From Limisphaerales bacterium (GTDB lineage Bacteria > Verrucomicrobiota > Verrucomicrobiia > Limisphaerales > SXTU01), in assembly GCA_041666725.1 (NCBI GenBank), contig JBAYGL010000001.1, positions 1 through 43,658 on the forward strand: 43,658 bases of DNA, written 5' to 3'. Shown in pieces: positions 8,734-17,035 of this stretch (position 1 is the first letter of the stretch; every line of letters begins with the position of its first letter). The position numbers and the translations under genes are program-made. Under the pieces are notes generated by a model that was not told the DNA's origin, ran no database searches, and saw only the letters and a list, made by a program, of their open reading frames with translations.

Positions 8734-8781
8734 CACCCTGAAGGGTGGACACCAAACGCTCGGCGTCCACGCTTGAGCGTG
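8734..8781. repeat. REP pair upstream of the RAYT gene
   Basis: 8734-8757 CACCCTGAAGGGTGGACACCAAAC (inverted unit) and 8758-8781 GCTCGGCGTCCACGCTTGAGCGTG (degenerate forward unit). It ends 2 nt before the thrC stop codon. Confidence 0.85.
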
Positions 8782-8783
8782 AA

Positions 8784-10004
8784 TCAAATCTTCTCCCATT
8801 CAATCGGCTTCGTGCAGTCCACGCGCGGCAACTGTTCGCGCACGGCCTCGGGATATTTCTGCGCTGCGCCCGTGTTGAACACGACGATGCGTTCGCCCGG
8901 CTTGATCTTGCCTTCCTTGAGCAACACCTCCAACGCGCCGAAGCAGACGGCGGTTTCCGGGCAGAGCGCGATGCCTTCGCGTGAGGACGCGAGTTGCATC
9001 CACTTGGGAATGTCCGCCTCGGGCGTCGCCAGCGCCACCCCGCCGCTCGCGCGCACGGCATCGAGGATCATGAAGTCGCCGACCGCCGCCGGCACGCGGA
9101 TGCCGCTGGCGATGGTTGCGGCATTTTCAAACTTCTTCGCGAAACGGTCGCCTCTCCTGAACGCCTCCGCAATCGGCGCGCAGCCGGTGCTCTGGCAGGA
9201 AATCATGCGCGGCTTCTTCGACGATTTCAGCCAGCCGAGCGCCTCAAGCTCCTGAAATGCCTTCCACATGCCGATGAGTCCGGTGCCGCCGCCGGTCGGG
9301 TAGAGAATCACGTCGGGCAGCTCCCAGTCGAACTGCTCGGCGAGTTCGAGGCCCATCGTCTTCTTGCCCTCGATGCGATACGGCTCCTTGAGCGTGCTCA
9401 CGTCGAACCAGCCCTTCTTCGTCTTGCCCTCGCCGACGATGCGTCCGCAGTCGGTGATGAGGCCGTTGACGAGGAAGGTTTTCGCGCCCGCGAGGAAGCA
9501 CTCCTTCTGGTTGATGACCGGCGTGTCCTCGGGCATGAACACATACGCCTCCATGCCCGCGCGCGCCGCGTAGGCGGCCATCGCCCCGCCCGCGTTGCCG
9601 GCGGTGGGACAGGCGACGCGCCTGGTCCCGAACTCGTTCGCCATCGAGATGGCCATCGTCATGCCGCGCGCCTTGAAGCTGCCGGTTGGGAGGCGGCTCT
9701 CGTCCTTCACGTAGAGATGTTGCACGCCAAAATGCGCCGCCAGTCGCTTTGTTTCGAGGATCGGCGTGATGGTCTCCACCAGCGAAACAATCTTCGAGGG
9801 GTCGCGCACCGGGAGCATTTCGAGATACCGCCAGATGGTCGGTGGACGACCCGCGAGCTCTTTCTTCGGAAACTTCTTCTTGAGCGTGTCGAGGTCGTAT
9901 TTGACCCACAGCGGCTTCTGGCAGGCGGGGCAGAGGTTGTGGACCTTGTCCGCATCGTAACGCGTGATGCAGTTGGCGCATTCCAAGTGGGTGACGAAAT
10001 TCAT
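8784..10004 (-). CDS. thrC: threonine synthase
   Basis: N-terminal zinc-ribbon-like CANC...CPAC, PLP-lysine motif PTGSFKARGM, and GNAGGAMAAYAA. 406 aa. Confidence 0.92.
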   Translation of the reverse strand: MNFVTHLECANCITRYDADKVHNLCPACQKPLWVKYDLDTLKKKFPKKELAGRPPTIWRYLEMLPVRDPSKIVSLVETITPILETKRLAAHFGVQHLYVKDESRLPTGSFKARGMTMAISMANEFGTRRVACPTAGNAGGAMAAYAARAGMEAYVFMPEDTPVINQKECFLAGAKTFLVNGLITDCGRIVGEGKTKKGWFDVSTLKEPYRIEGKKTMGLELAEQFDWELPDVILYPTGGGTGLIGMWKAFQELEALGWLKSSKKPRMISCQSTGCAPIAEAFRRGDRFAKKFENAATIASGIRVPAAVGDFMILDAVRASGGVALATPEADIPKWMQLASSREGIALCPETAVCFGALEVLLKEGKIKPGERIVVFNTGAAQKYPEAVREQLPRVDCTKPIEWEKI

Positions 10005-10070
10005 GCGCGGATGTTTGAGAGTCGGGCGATCGGAGTCGAGTGCAAACCGGGCGCATATTGCTGCCCCGAA

Positions 10071-10177
10071 GGAGCGCGGCGTTCACGCCGCAGAAGAGTG
10101 GGTTGCACAGAAACCGATCGTATTTGCCGGGGCGTTTCGTTTACTCGCAGCCTTCTGCGGCGTGAACGCCGCGCTCC
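10071..10177. repeat. family D palindromic element (perfect 26-bp arms, 55-nt loop)
   Basis: 10071-10096 ggagcgcggcgttcacgccgcagaag is the exact reverse complement of 10152-10177 cttctgcggcgtgaacgccgcgctcc. It lies in the divergent thrC/mlaE spacer. A degenerate copy is at 14732-14828. Confidence 0.9.
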
Positions 10178-10248
10178 GGGACAGTGTGCGAATGCGCCGT
10201 GTGAAACCCCGAAAACTATTGTCCCACGCCCCGTCCGCCGCCTAAGCT

Positions 10249-11115
10249 GTGGATGTGGAAAACGAGCCTGCCAAGCCATCTGCGGCCGTGCTCGCGCAGG
10301 GTGTGCCGGAGCTGCCCCTGTCGCAGAGTTACCTGAATTTCGTCGGGCGGCAGATTTTCCGGTTCATCCAGGCCGTTCAGGGTGTGGGAGCCTTCGCCCT
10401 GATCACGCTTGGGGTGACTTGCACGAAGTTCAACACGTCGTGGCGGGTCATCCACCCGCTCATCCGGTCTCAGATTGACCGCGCGGGGGTGCGGTTGCTG
10501 CCGGGCGTCGTGTTTCTCGGCCTCGCGCTGGGGCTGGTGATCGTGGGGCAGACGGTTTCCATGCTCAACAAGTTCGGCGCGGGGCAGTATGCCGGCACGG
10601 TGATGGTCACGGTCCTTGTCCGCGAGATCGGCCCGCTGGCCGCGGCGCTGCTGGTGCTGGCCCGCGTGGGCACGGCCATCGTGATCGAACTGGGCCTGAG
10701 CCGCGCACAGGGCGAGGTGGAGGCGCTCGAGGCGCTGGGCATCGACCCGGTGCATTATCTCGTGATGCCGCGCGTCATCGGGCTGGGGGCGGCGATTTTT
10801 TCGCTGACGGTCTATCTCCTCATCGTGACGCTTTTGAGCGGCTACCTGTTTGTGTTTGTCCAGGACGTGCCGCTGACGCCTGCGGATTACTTCGGCCAGA
10901 TCGCGCAGGCGCTGGTGTGGCAGGATTTCGCATTGCTGGGCCTCAAGACCCTGGTGTTCGGCGCGATCATCGCGGTGGTCACCTGCTACCACGGCCTCGC
11001 GCAACGGCTCCGGCTGGAGCAGGTTTCGGACGCGACCACCAGCGCGGTGTCACAAAGCGTGGTGGGCTGCGTCCTGGCGGACGCGCTGTTCATTGTTGTT
11101 TATCTCCTGATGTAG
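10249..11115 (+). CDS. mlaE: MlaE-family ABC transporter permease
   Basis: GTG start, so the exact start is uncertain. REIGPLAAALLVLARVGTAIVIELGLSRAQGEVEALEALGIDPVHYLVMPRVIG is the characteristic MlaE/Ttg2B core. Multiple TM segments. Confidence 0.85.
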   Translation: MDVENEPAKPSAAVLAQGVPELPLSQSYLNFVGRQIFRFIQAVQGVGAFALITLGVTCTKFNTSWRVIHPLIRSQIDRAGVRLLPGVVFLGLALGLVIVGQTVSMLNKFGAGQYAGTVMVTVLVREIGPLAAALLVLARVGTAIVIELGLSRAQGEVEALEALGIDPVHYLVMPRVIGLGAAIFSLTVYLLIVTLLSGYLFVFVQDVPLTPADYFGQIAQALVWQDFALLGLKTLVFGAIIAVVTCYHGLAQRLRLEQVSDATTSAVSQSVVGCVLADALFIVVYLLM

Positions 11116-11116
11116 C

Positions 11117-11902
11117 ATGGGTTCTCCGTCTGAAAGCGTCGTTGCCGCACCGCTCGTCGAGCTGGTGGCTGCGAATGTTGTTTCGGCGCAGGATTCGGAT
11201 GCGGTGCTGGTGGAGCACGTGAACTGGCGGCTGCTGCCGGGGGAATACTGGTCCGTGGGCGGTCTGCAATGGGCGGGCAAGAGCGACTGGCTCACGACGG
11301 TGGCGGGATTGCAACGCCCGGCGACGTGGCACCATTTCCTCTTTGGCGAAGAGACCGCGCTGCTGTCGCAGCCCGAACTGGTGGCCACGAGGCTCCGGGT
11401 GGGGCTGGTGTTTGAAAACGGCGGACGCCTCTTCACCCGGATGACCGTCGGGGAAAACGTCGCGCTGCCCCTGCGCTATCACCGCAATTGCCCGGCGAGG
11501 GAAACGCGCGAGGCGGTGGCCGCCGTGCTGGAACTTGCCGGTCTGACCGAACTGGGAGGGCAGATGACCGGCCAGCTCAACCGCAGCTGGCGGCAGCGCG
11601 TCGCGCTGGCCCGTGCGCTGGCCCTCCAGCCCGAGGTGCTGCTGCTGGACAACCCCCTGGCCGGCCTGGACCCGCGCCAGACGCGCTGGTGGCTCGACAC
11701 GCTGGATGCGCTCAACGCCGGCCACGCATGGCTCAATCACCGTCCGCTGGCGTTGGTAGCGACGACGGATGACCTGGCTCCGTGGCGGGCGCGGGCGCGG
11801 CAGTTCGCGCTCCTGGAGGGCCGGCGGTGGATTGCGCTGGGCGGACGGGACGATCTCTCCGCCAGCGGTGATCCGGCCCTGCGTGAATTCCTCGCCGCAT
11901 GA
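11117..11902 (+). CDS. MlaF-like ABC nucleotide-binding protein with degenerate catalytic motifs
   Basis: ATG 2 nt after the mlaE stop. Walker A-like GLQWAGKS. Q-loop position reads E (VFENGG). Signature LSGGx reads LNRSW. Walker B reads LLLLDNP (D-N instead of D-E). H-loop position reads LVATTDD. Confidence 0.75.
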   Translation: MGSPSESVVAAPLVELVAANVVSAQDSDAVLVEHVNWRLLPGEYWSVGGLQWAGKSDWLTTVAGLQRPATWHHFLFGEETALLSQPELVATRLRVGLVFENGGRLFTRMTVGENVALPLRYHRNCPARETREAVAAVLELAGLTELGGQMTGQLNRSWRQRVALARALALQPEVLLLDNPLAGLDPRQTRWWLDTLDALNAGHAWLNHRPLALVATTDDLAPWRARARQFALLEGRRWIALGGRDDLSASGDPALREFLAA

Positions 11903-11974
11903 AATCTCGCAACCATTTTCGGCCGGCTCCGGCACCCCGTATTCGCCGCTCAACCTTTCCCACTTGATTCTCCC

Positions 11975-13192
11975 ATGGCGCTGCAAGACCTCACCCCCCA
12001 GCTCCGCACCCGCCTCGGCCGTGTCGAGCGCGCCGTCGGCGTGTTTGTCATCGTCGCCACGCTGCTGCTGGCATCGGGCTTTGCCTACTACCTTTACCAC
12101 ACCGCCCGCGCGAAGGGGTGGTTCGATCTCAAGGCTCCGTTCCACACCTACGTGGACAGCGCCGCAGGCTTCAAGACGGGCGACAAGGTGAAGCTGATGG
12201 GCTTCGAAGCTGGCGAGATCACCGACATCAAGCCCATGCCGCCTGACTCCGAGGAATACTTCGAGCGCCACTTTGTCTACGTGGAGTTCGTCGTCCGCAG
12301 CCACGCCATCGGCTATGTCTGGAATGATTCCCGCGTGCGGGTCAACGCGGGCGACCTGCTCGGCGGACGCTATCTGGAACTCCTCCCCGGGGGCTGGAAC
12401 GGTTACACCAACCGGGACGGTTCCAAGAAATCCCTCCGCGCCGCCTACCAGATCAAGGACAAGGTCATCACCGCCGTGTGGCATGACCAGACCGGGGACT
12501 ACACAAACTGGAGCGTCGGCTCGACGCCGTATTTCATCGTTGCCGACGAATCCCTCGCGCTGACCCAGCGCGCGGAAAAGCTCATCTCCCAGGCCGAGGC
12601 CGCGCTGCCCAACTTCCTCAGCCTCACCAACCAGGTCGCCGCGCTGCTCTCCACCGGCGCGCGCACCCTCACCAATCTCGACGCCCGCGTCGCCGAGCTG
12701 CGGCCCGTCGTCAGCAACGCGAACTTCCTCGTGGCCGGCCTCCATCCCGTCAGCTCGAACGTCCACCGCATCACCGCCAACCTCACCAACCCCGCCGGCT
12801 CGCTGGGCGCCTGGCTTCTGCCCACGAACCTGAACTCCTCCGCCGAGCAGACGTTGTTTTCCGTCCGCGCCACGCTCACCGACGCGCGCGCCACCTTCAG
12901 CAACGCCAACGCCACGCTGGCCGACACCCGCCGCCTGATGCAGACCTCCGACGGCGCAATTGCGCACGCCGACACCAACATCACCATGCTCGCGCTGAAC
13001 CTCGACCGCTCGCTCTCCAACCTGGCCGGCCTGACGAGCAACCTCAACGCCCAGGTCGAGGGCAACACCAACCTCGTGACGGAAATCTCGGCGGCCATCG
13101 TCCACACGGACCAGCTGGTGCAGGGCCTCAAGCGGCACTGGCTGCTGCGCTCCGCGTTCAAGGAGAAGCCCCCGGCAAAGCCCGGGAAGTGA
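11975..13192 (+). CDS. MCE/MlaD-family protein with long C-terminal helical extension
   Basis: N-terminal TM (VGVFVIVATLLLASGFAYYLY), an MCE-domain-like GFKTGDKVKLMGFEAGEITDIKP, and a long Asn/Leu/Thr-rich C-terminal region. Confidence 0.8.
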   Translation: MALQDLTPQLRTRLGRVERAVGVFVIVATLLLASGFAYYLYHTARAKGWFDLKAPFHTYVDSAAGFKTGDKVKLMGFEAGEITDIKPMPPDSEEYFERHFVYVEFVVRSHAIGYVWNDSRVRVNAGDLLGGRYLELLPGGWNGYTNRDGSKKSLRAAYQIKDKVITAVWHDQTGDYTNWSVGSTPYFIVADESLALTQRAEKLISQAEAALPNFLSLTNQVAALLSTGARTLTNLDARVAELRPVVSNANFLVAGLHPVSSNVHRITANLTNPAGSLGAWLLPTNLNSSAEQTLFSVRATLTDARATFSNANATLADTRRLMQTSDGAIAHADTNITMLALNLDRSLSNLAGLTSNLNAQVEGNTNLVTEISAAIVHTDQLVQGLKRHWLLRSAFKEKPPAKPGK

Positions 13193-13440
13193 ACACCTTC
13201 AAATCAGGGCTGGTGCATCACATCATAAGCGCGATGCGCGGATTCGCTTCTTCAGACCCCGCCCCTCCAAGGGCCGCAAACAAGGCCAAGGCGGGAAAAA
13301 AAACTGTTGTCATGGCGCTCTCCTTTGCTAGCCTCCGCCCCAATGCACCGCTTTTGGTGTTTGGGCAAACGGTTTTTGCCCGCAAGCAAAACGCAAAAGT
13401 AATACACAACAGTAACAACTCGCAGGAGGAACAAACACAA

Positions 13441-14658
13441 ATGAAACTCAATCAATGGACACTCGGGCTGGCCGCAGCAGGCGTGATCAGCTTCGGCGCT
13501 GTTGCTCAAGCGGACGAGAAACCGTCACACCAAGTGCTCACGGCCGTCTCTTCCACCGCCCTGAGCGGCTACGTCAGCACCTCGGCCCACTGGAACCCCG
13601 GCACGGCAGCCGGAGCCCCGGGTTACTCCTACGGTGGTGCCAAGAACGACGGCTTCAATCTGAACGTCGTTGACATCACCATCAGCAAGCCGCTCGACGA
13701 AGGTGAGTGGGCCGCTGGTTACACTGCCGAACTCTGGATGGGTCCGGATGCGGCTGGTCTGGGTAACGTGACTGGCGGTAGCAGCCTTGCCATCAAGCAG
13801 GCCAACGTCGCGCTCAATGCCCCGGTCGGCAACGGTATCGTATTCAAGATGGGCATTTTCGATTGCCCCGTCGGATACGAGGCGGCCAACGCGACTGACA
13901 ACCCCAACTACACCCGTTCTTACGGCTATACCGTCGAGCCCACCTCGCTGACTGGATTGCTCGCGACCTACAAAGTGTGCGAGAGCTTCAGCGTGACGGC
14001 TGTTATTGCCAACGAACTCGCTGCGACGGTTAACGGTCGCGCCAGTGGCGTGCAGTCTCAGAAGACCTATTGCCTCGCTGGCACCGTCACGGCTCCTGAC
14101 AGCTGGGGCTTCTTGAAGGGCGCGGCGGTCACCGCCGGTGCCATTGACGGCATCAGCACTGGCCTCGCTAACGCCGGTGTGGCTCCTGATGCCACGCTCA
14201 TCTACTTGGGCGCCACCATTCCGACGCCTTGGGAAACGCTCAAAGTTGGAGCCTCGTGGGATCACGTCAATCTCGCAGGAAACACTCTCACGGGTAAGAT
14301 CGGCGATACGGATTCCTTCGCGCTCTACACATCGTTCAGCGGTATCGAGAAGTTGAAAATCAACACCCGCCTCGAATACTACGACAACAACACCGGGATC
14401 GTTGCCCTCGGCGGACCTGGTGTGGTTCCCGGCAACGGTGCTGCATCGGGCAACGCCAAGGCTGAAATTCTCGCAGCCACCCTCACGCTCGACTACTCGC
14501 TGTGGGCGAATGTCATCACCCGCCTCGAATATCGTTGGGATCATGATCTCAGCGCTGGCCGCAACCTGCCGGGCAACGCCAACAGCGGCGCAGTTCCCGC
14601 CACGGCTGGCAACAACAACGCTCAGCTGATCGCGCTGAACGTCATCTACAAGTTCTAA
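13441..14658 (+). CDS. putative outer-membrane beta-barrel porin
   Basis: I prefer the ATG at 13441, preceded by AGGAGG at 13424-13429. Signal peptide MKLNQWTLGLAAAGVISFGAVAQA, alternating beta-strand-like sequence, and a C-terminal ...LIALNVIYKF ending in aromatic Phe. It looks more A/T-rich than its neighbours. Confidence 0.7.
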   Translation: MKLNQWTLGLAAAGVISFGAVAQADEKPSHQVLTAVSSTALSGYVSTSAHWNPGTAAGAPGYSYGGAKNDGFNLNVVDITISKPLDEGEWAAGYTAELWMGPDAAGLGNVTGGSSLAIKQANVALNAPVGNGIVFKMGIFDCPVGYEAANATDNPNYTRSYGYTVEPTSLTGLLATYKVCESFSVTAVIANELAATVNGRASGVQSQKTYCLAGTVTAPDSWGFLKGAAVTAGAIDGISTGLANAGVAPDATLIYLGATIPTPWETLKVGASWDHVNLAGNTLTGKIGDTDSFALYTSFSGIEKLKINTRLEYYDNNTGIVALGGPGVVPGNGAASGNAKAEILAATLTLDYSLWANVITRLEYRWDHDLSAGRNLPGNANSGAVPATAGNNNAQLIALNVIYKF

Positions 14659-14680
14659 TCTGAGCCTTGCTCAGAGCACA

Positions 14681-14709
14681 CCCCTCCCGGGCAACCGGGA
14701 GGGGTTTTT
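14681..14709 (+). terminator. rho-independent terminator after the porin gene
   Basis: Perfect 10-bp GC-rich stem cccctcccgg / ccgggagggg with loop gcaa, followed by ttttt. Confidence 0.85.
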
Positions 14710-14731
14710 CGTTATGATCGTAAACGCTTCA

Positions 14732-14828
14732 GGGGCGCGGTGTTCACGCCGCAGAAAGCCCCGGGAGTAAAAGTGCGCTGTAATCACCACTGACTGCCGC
14801 ACGCTTCTGCGGCATGAATGCCGCACTC
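14732..14828. repeat. family D palindromic element, degenerate copy
   Basis: ggggcgcggtgttcacgccgcagaaagc ... gcttctgcggcatgaatgccgcactc. The arms are related to the 10071-10177 element. It lies upstream of the peroxidase gene. Confidence 0.65.
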
Positions 14829-14882
14829 TTCGCCGGCGGTTGCCGTCCGCTTCGGCGTTCGGGTTGAATCACTCGCCGGCTC

Positions 14883-15911
14883 GTGCGTCCGAATGGCGTG
14901 AAGATCAATTTTCTGAAAAACACGGGATCAATCATCCCTCTCATCACTCTCCTCGTCGCCTTCAGCGCGTCCATCGGGGCCGTTGCACAGACCGCACCAC
15001 AAGTGCGCAAGGCGGCCAGGGATGCGCTGCTGGAGCCCCTGCCAGACAGGATGCCCGGCGCGGAGAAGGACACCGCCGCCCTGATCGCCCTGGGTAAAAA
15101 GCTCTACCTGGACAAGCGCCTGTCTGTGAACGATTCCCAGTCCTGCAACTCCTGCCACAACGTCGAGGGGAAGGGCGGCGGCGTGGACAACCAGCCGACT
15201 TCGCCCGGCGCATTCGGCAAGCGCGGCGGGCGCAACTCGCCGACGGTGCTCAACGCCGGACTGCAACTCGCCCAGTTCTGGGATGGCCGCGCCGCCGATC
15301 TGGTCGCCCAGGCCAAGGGGCCGGTGCTCAACCCGATCGAGATGGCCATGCCCGGCGAGGCGGAGGTGGTGAAGAAATTGAGCGCTGCCAGGGATTATCC
15401 GCCGCTCTTCAAACAGGCGTTCCCCGAATCCGGAGGGAAGATCACCTATGACAACATCGCCCGCGCCATCGCCGCCTTCGAGCGCACGCTCATCACCCGC
15501 GACCGGTTCGATGATCTGCTCAGGGGCGATGACCGGGCGTTGACCCCGCTGGAAATCAAGGGGGCGGATCTCTTTTTGAAGACCGGATGCACCACCTGCC
15601 ACAACGGCCCCCTCATCGGCGGGGGCAGCTACCAGAAGCTCGGCCTTGTGAATCCCTACGAAAACAGCGGCGATCTGGGCCGGTTCGAGGTTACGAAGGA
15701 CAACGACGACAAGCTCAAGTTCAAGGTGCCCACGCTGCGCAACATCGCGATCACCGGGCCCTACTTCCACGATGGCAGGCTCACCGCACTGCCCGCCGCC
15801 GTGAAGAAGATGGCGTGGCTCCAGCTGGGCAGGGAGCTCAAGGACGACGAGGCCGGTGCGATCACCGCCTTCCTCGGCGCGCTCACCGACAAGGCGCGTG
15901 CCGCGAGGTGA
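14883..15911 (+). CDS. di-haem cytochrome c peroxidase (CcpA/MauG family)
   Basis: Two CxxCH haem motifs (CNSCH, CTTCH), FWDGRA, and PTLRNIAITGPYFHDG. GTG start at 14883; an alternative GTG at 14898 is possible. A signal peptide is present. Confidence 0.9.
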   Translation: MRPNGVKINFLKNTGSIIPLITLLVAFSASIGAVAQTAPQVRKAARDALLEPLPDRMPGAEKDTAALIALGKKLYLDKRLSVNDSQSCNSCHNVEGKGGGVDNQPTSPGAFGKRGGRNSPTVLNAGLQLAQFWDGRAADLVAQAKGPVLNPIEMAMPGEAEVVKKLSAARDYPPLFKQAFPESGGKITYDNIARAIAAFERTLITRDRFDDLLRGDDRALTPLEIKGADLFLKTGCTTCHNGPLIGGGSYQKLGLVNPYENSGDLGRFEVTKDNDDKLKFKVPTLRNIAITGPYFHDGRLTALPAAVKKMAWLQLGRELKDDEAGAITAFLGALTDKARAAR

Positions 15912-16057
15912 CCGCCGTCCCTGAGCCGCCACAAGTCGTCGAAAGACTCCGCCTCACGCCTGGCGCGCGTGGCGTTGTTCCGGCAGAGAAGCACGAAAAT
16001 GTCGTGCCTGACCACAATGTGCGATGCGTCTCTTTCCCCGTTTTCAGGTTTATGGAT

Positions 16058-16086
16058 TTGACACCCGCAGACACGCTCCTTAGCGT
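16058..16086 (+). promoter_or_regulatory. candidate sigma-70-type promoter for the Pro-rich protein / thioredoxin cluster
   Basis: TTGACA (16058-16063), a 17-nt spacer, then TAGCGT (16081-16086), 22 nt upstream of the ATG at 16108. This is a pattern match only. Confidence 0.3.
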
Positions 16087-16107
16087 CACGGGCCGAAACA
16101 CTCGCAT

Positions 16108-16998
16108 ATGGCCGACAACTTGAAATCACCTGTGGGCGCGGTCCCTCCCCCCGCCGCCGCAGGGTCCAAGGTCCAGCCCAAGAAGGAAACCGTCCGCATC
16201 AGCCTTCCGCCCAAGGCCGGAGCCAAGGAAACAGTCCGGATCGATCTGCCCCCGCGCACGGGCCCGGCGGCCGTTCCTCCGCCTGCCCCGGCTCCATCTG
16301 CGCCGAAGCCCGCTCCATCCCTTGCTCCAAAACCCGCGGCACCGGCAGCTCCCGCGGCTTCAGCGCCTCCTCCTGCGGGATCGAAGCAAACCGTCCGGCT
16401 CTCGCTTCCACCCAAACCTTCCGCCGGAAAGGAAACCGTCCGGCTCGAACTCCCCCCCAAGCCCGGTGCTGGCGGCGCAAAGCCGGGTGCTGCTTCCGGC
16501 GGCAAGGAGATCAAGCTGGTTGTCCCGCAGGTGGACGAGTCCGTGGAAAGCGCCGCGATTCCCGATGCCGCTGACGTCGAAGCCGAAGCGCCGACGATGG
16601 ATTCCTCGCAGGCGCAGCCGGTCGCAGCCGCGCCACCCGCGAAATCAGGTGGTTTTTTTGGATTGAAGAAGGGGCCGCCCAGCAGCAAGCCCGCCGCCCC
16701 TGCCGCCGCCCCTGCACAGGGCAAGTCACCAGCAGCGGCTTCCTCGGTCGCCGGATCTGGCAAGGTTGCCCAGGCCCCGGCTTCCGCGCTTCCCGACTCG
16801 ACGCCGTCCGCGATGGCGCTCCCTGCGAAGAAGGCGCTGCCCAAGCCGGAGATGACTTCCGCGCCGTCGGCTGGTGGTGGAGTGATCGTCCGCAGGGCTG
16901 GCTGGCCGGATTACACGCTGGCGATCCTCGCGCTGGGCACCGGCATCGCCGCCGTCGTGCGGCTGCTCATGATTCTCGGCGTTTTCGGCGGTGAATGA
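16108..16998 (+). CDS. Pro/Ala-rich protein with four K(E/Q)TVR(I/L)xLPP(K/R) repeats and a C-terminal TM anchor
   Basis: ATG at 16108. Repeats lie at 16183-16215, 16225-16257, 16384-16416 and 16429-16461. The single hydrophobic helix is at the extreme C-terminus (YTLAILALGTGIAAVVRLLMILGVF). I recognise no family. Confidence 0.65.
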   Translation: MADNLKSPVGAVPPPAAAGSKVQPKKETVRISLPPKAGAKETVRIDLPPRTGPAAVPPPAPAPSAPKPAPSLAPKPAAPAAPAASAPPPAGSKQTVRLSLPPKPSAGKETVRLELPPKPGAGGAKPGAASGGKEIKLVVPQVDESVESAAIPDAADVEAEAPTMDSSQAQPVAAAPPAKSGGFFGLKKGPPSSKPAAPAAAPAQGKSPAAASSVAGSGKVAQAPASALPDSTPSAMALPAKKALPKPEMTSAPSAGGGVIVRRAGWPDYTLAILALGTGIAAVVRLLMILGVFGGE

Positions 16999-17035
16999 TT
17001 TCACCGCGCACATTCAACCCGTCCAACTGATTCCC

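Larger units (their letters stand above)
8007..8781 (-). mobile_element. RAYT gene with flanking REP units (domesticated-transposase/REP unit)
   Basis: Combination of the three features above. This is the canonical arrangement for RAYT loci: a single-copy HUH transposase bracketed by its cognate REPs. Confidence 0.75.

Noticed and set aside
10152-10177. The family D arm contains GCGGCGTGAACGCC, which I recall as part of a common E. coli REP sequence.
   Set aside because: This rests on memory of a short string and cannot be verified here. A 14-mer match between distant phyla may be coincidental, so it is not used as evidence.
13355-13385. Sigma-54-like promoter or terminator in tggtgtttgggcaaacggtttttgcccgcaag upstream of the porin.
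   Set aside because: The GG-to-GC spacing does not fit the -24/-12 consensus. The GGGCAAA/TTTGCCC hairpin is short and lacks a T tract. I could not support either call.
13189-13440. The 84-codon N-terminal extension of the porin ORF as given in the track.
   Set aside because: The extension has no signal peptide. The ATG at 13441 is preceded by AGGAGG and is followed directly by a classical signal peptide.
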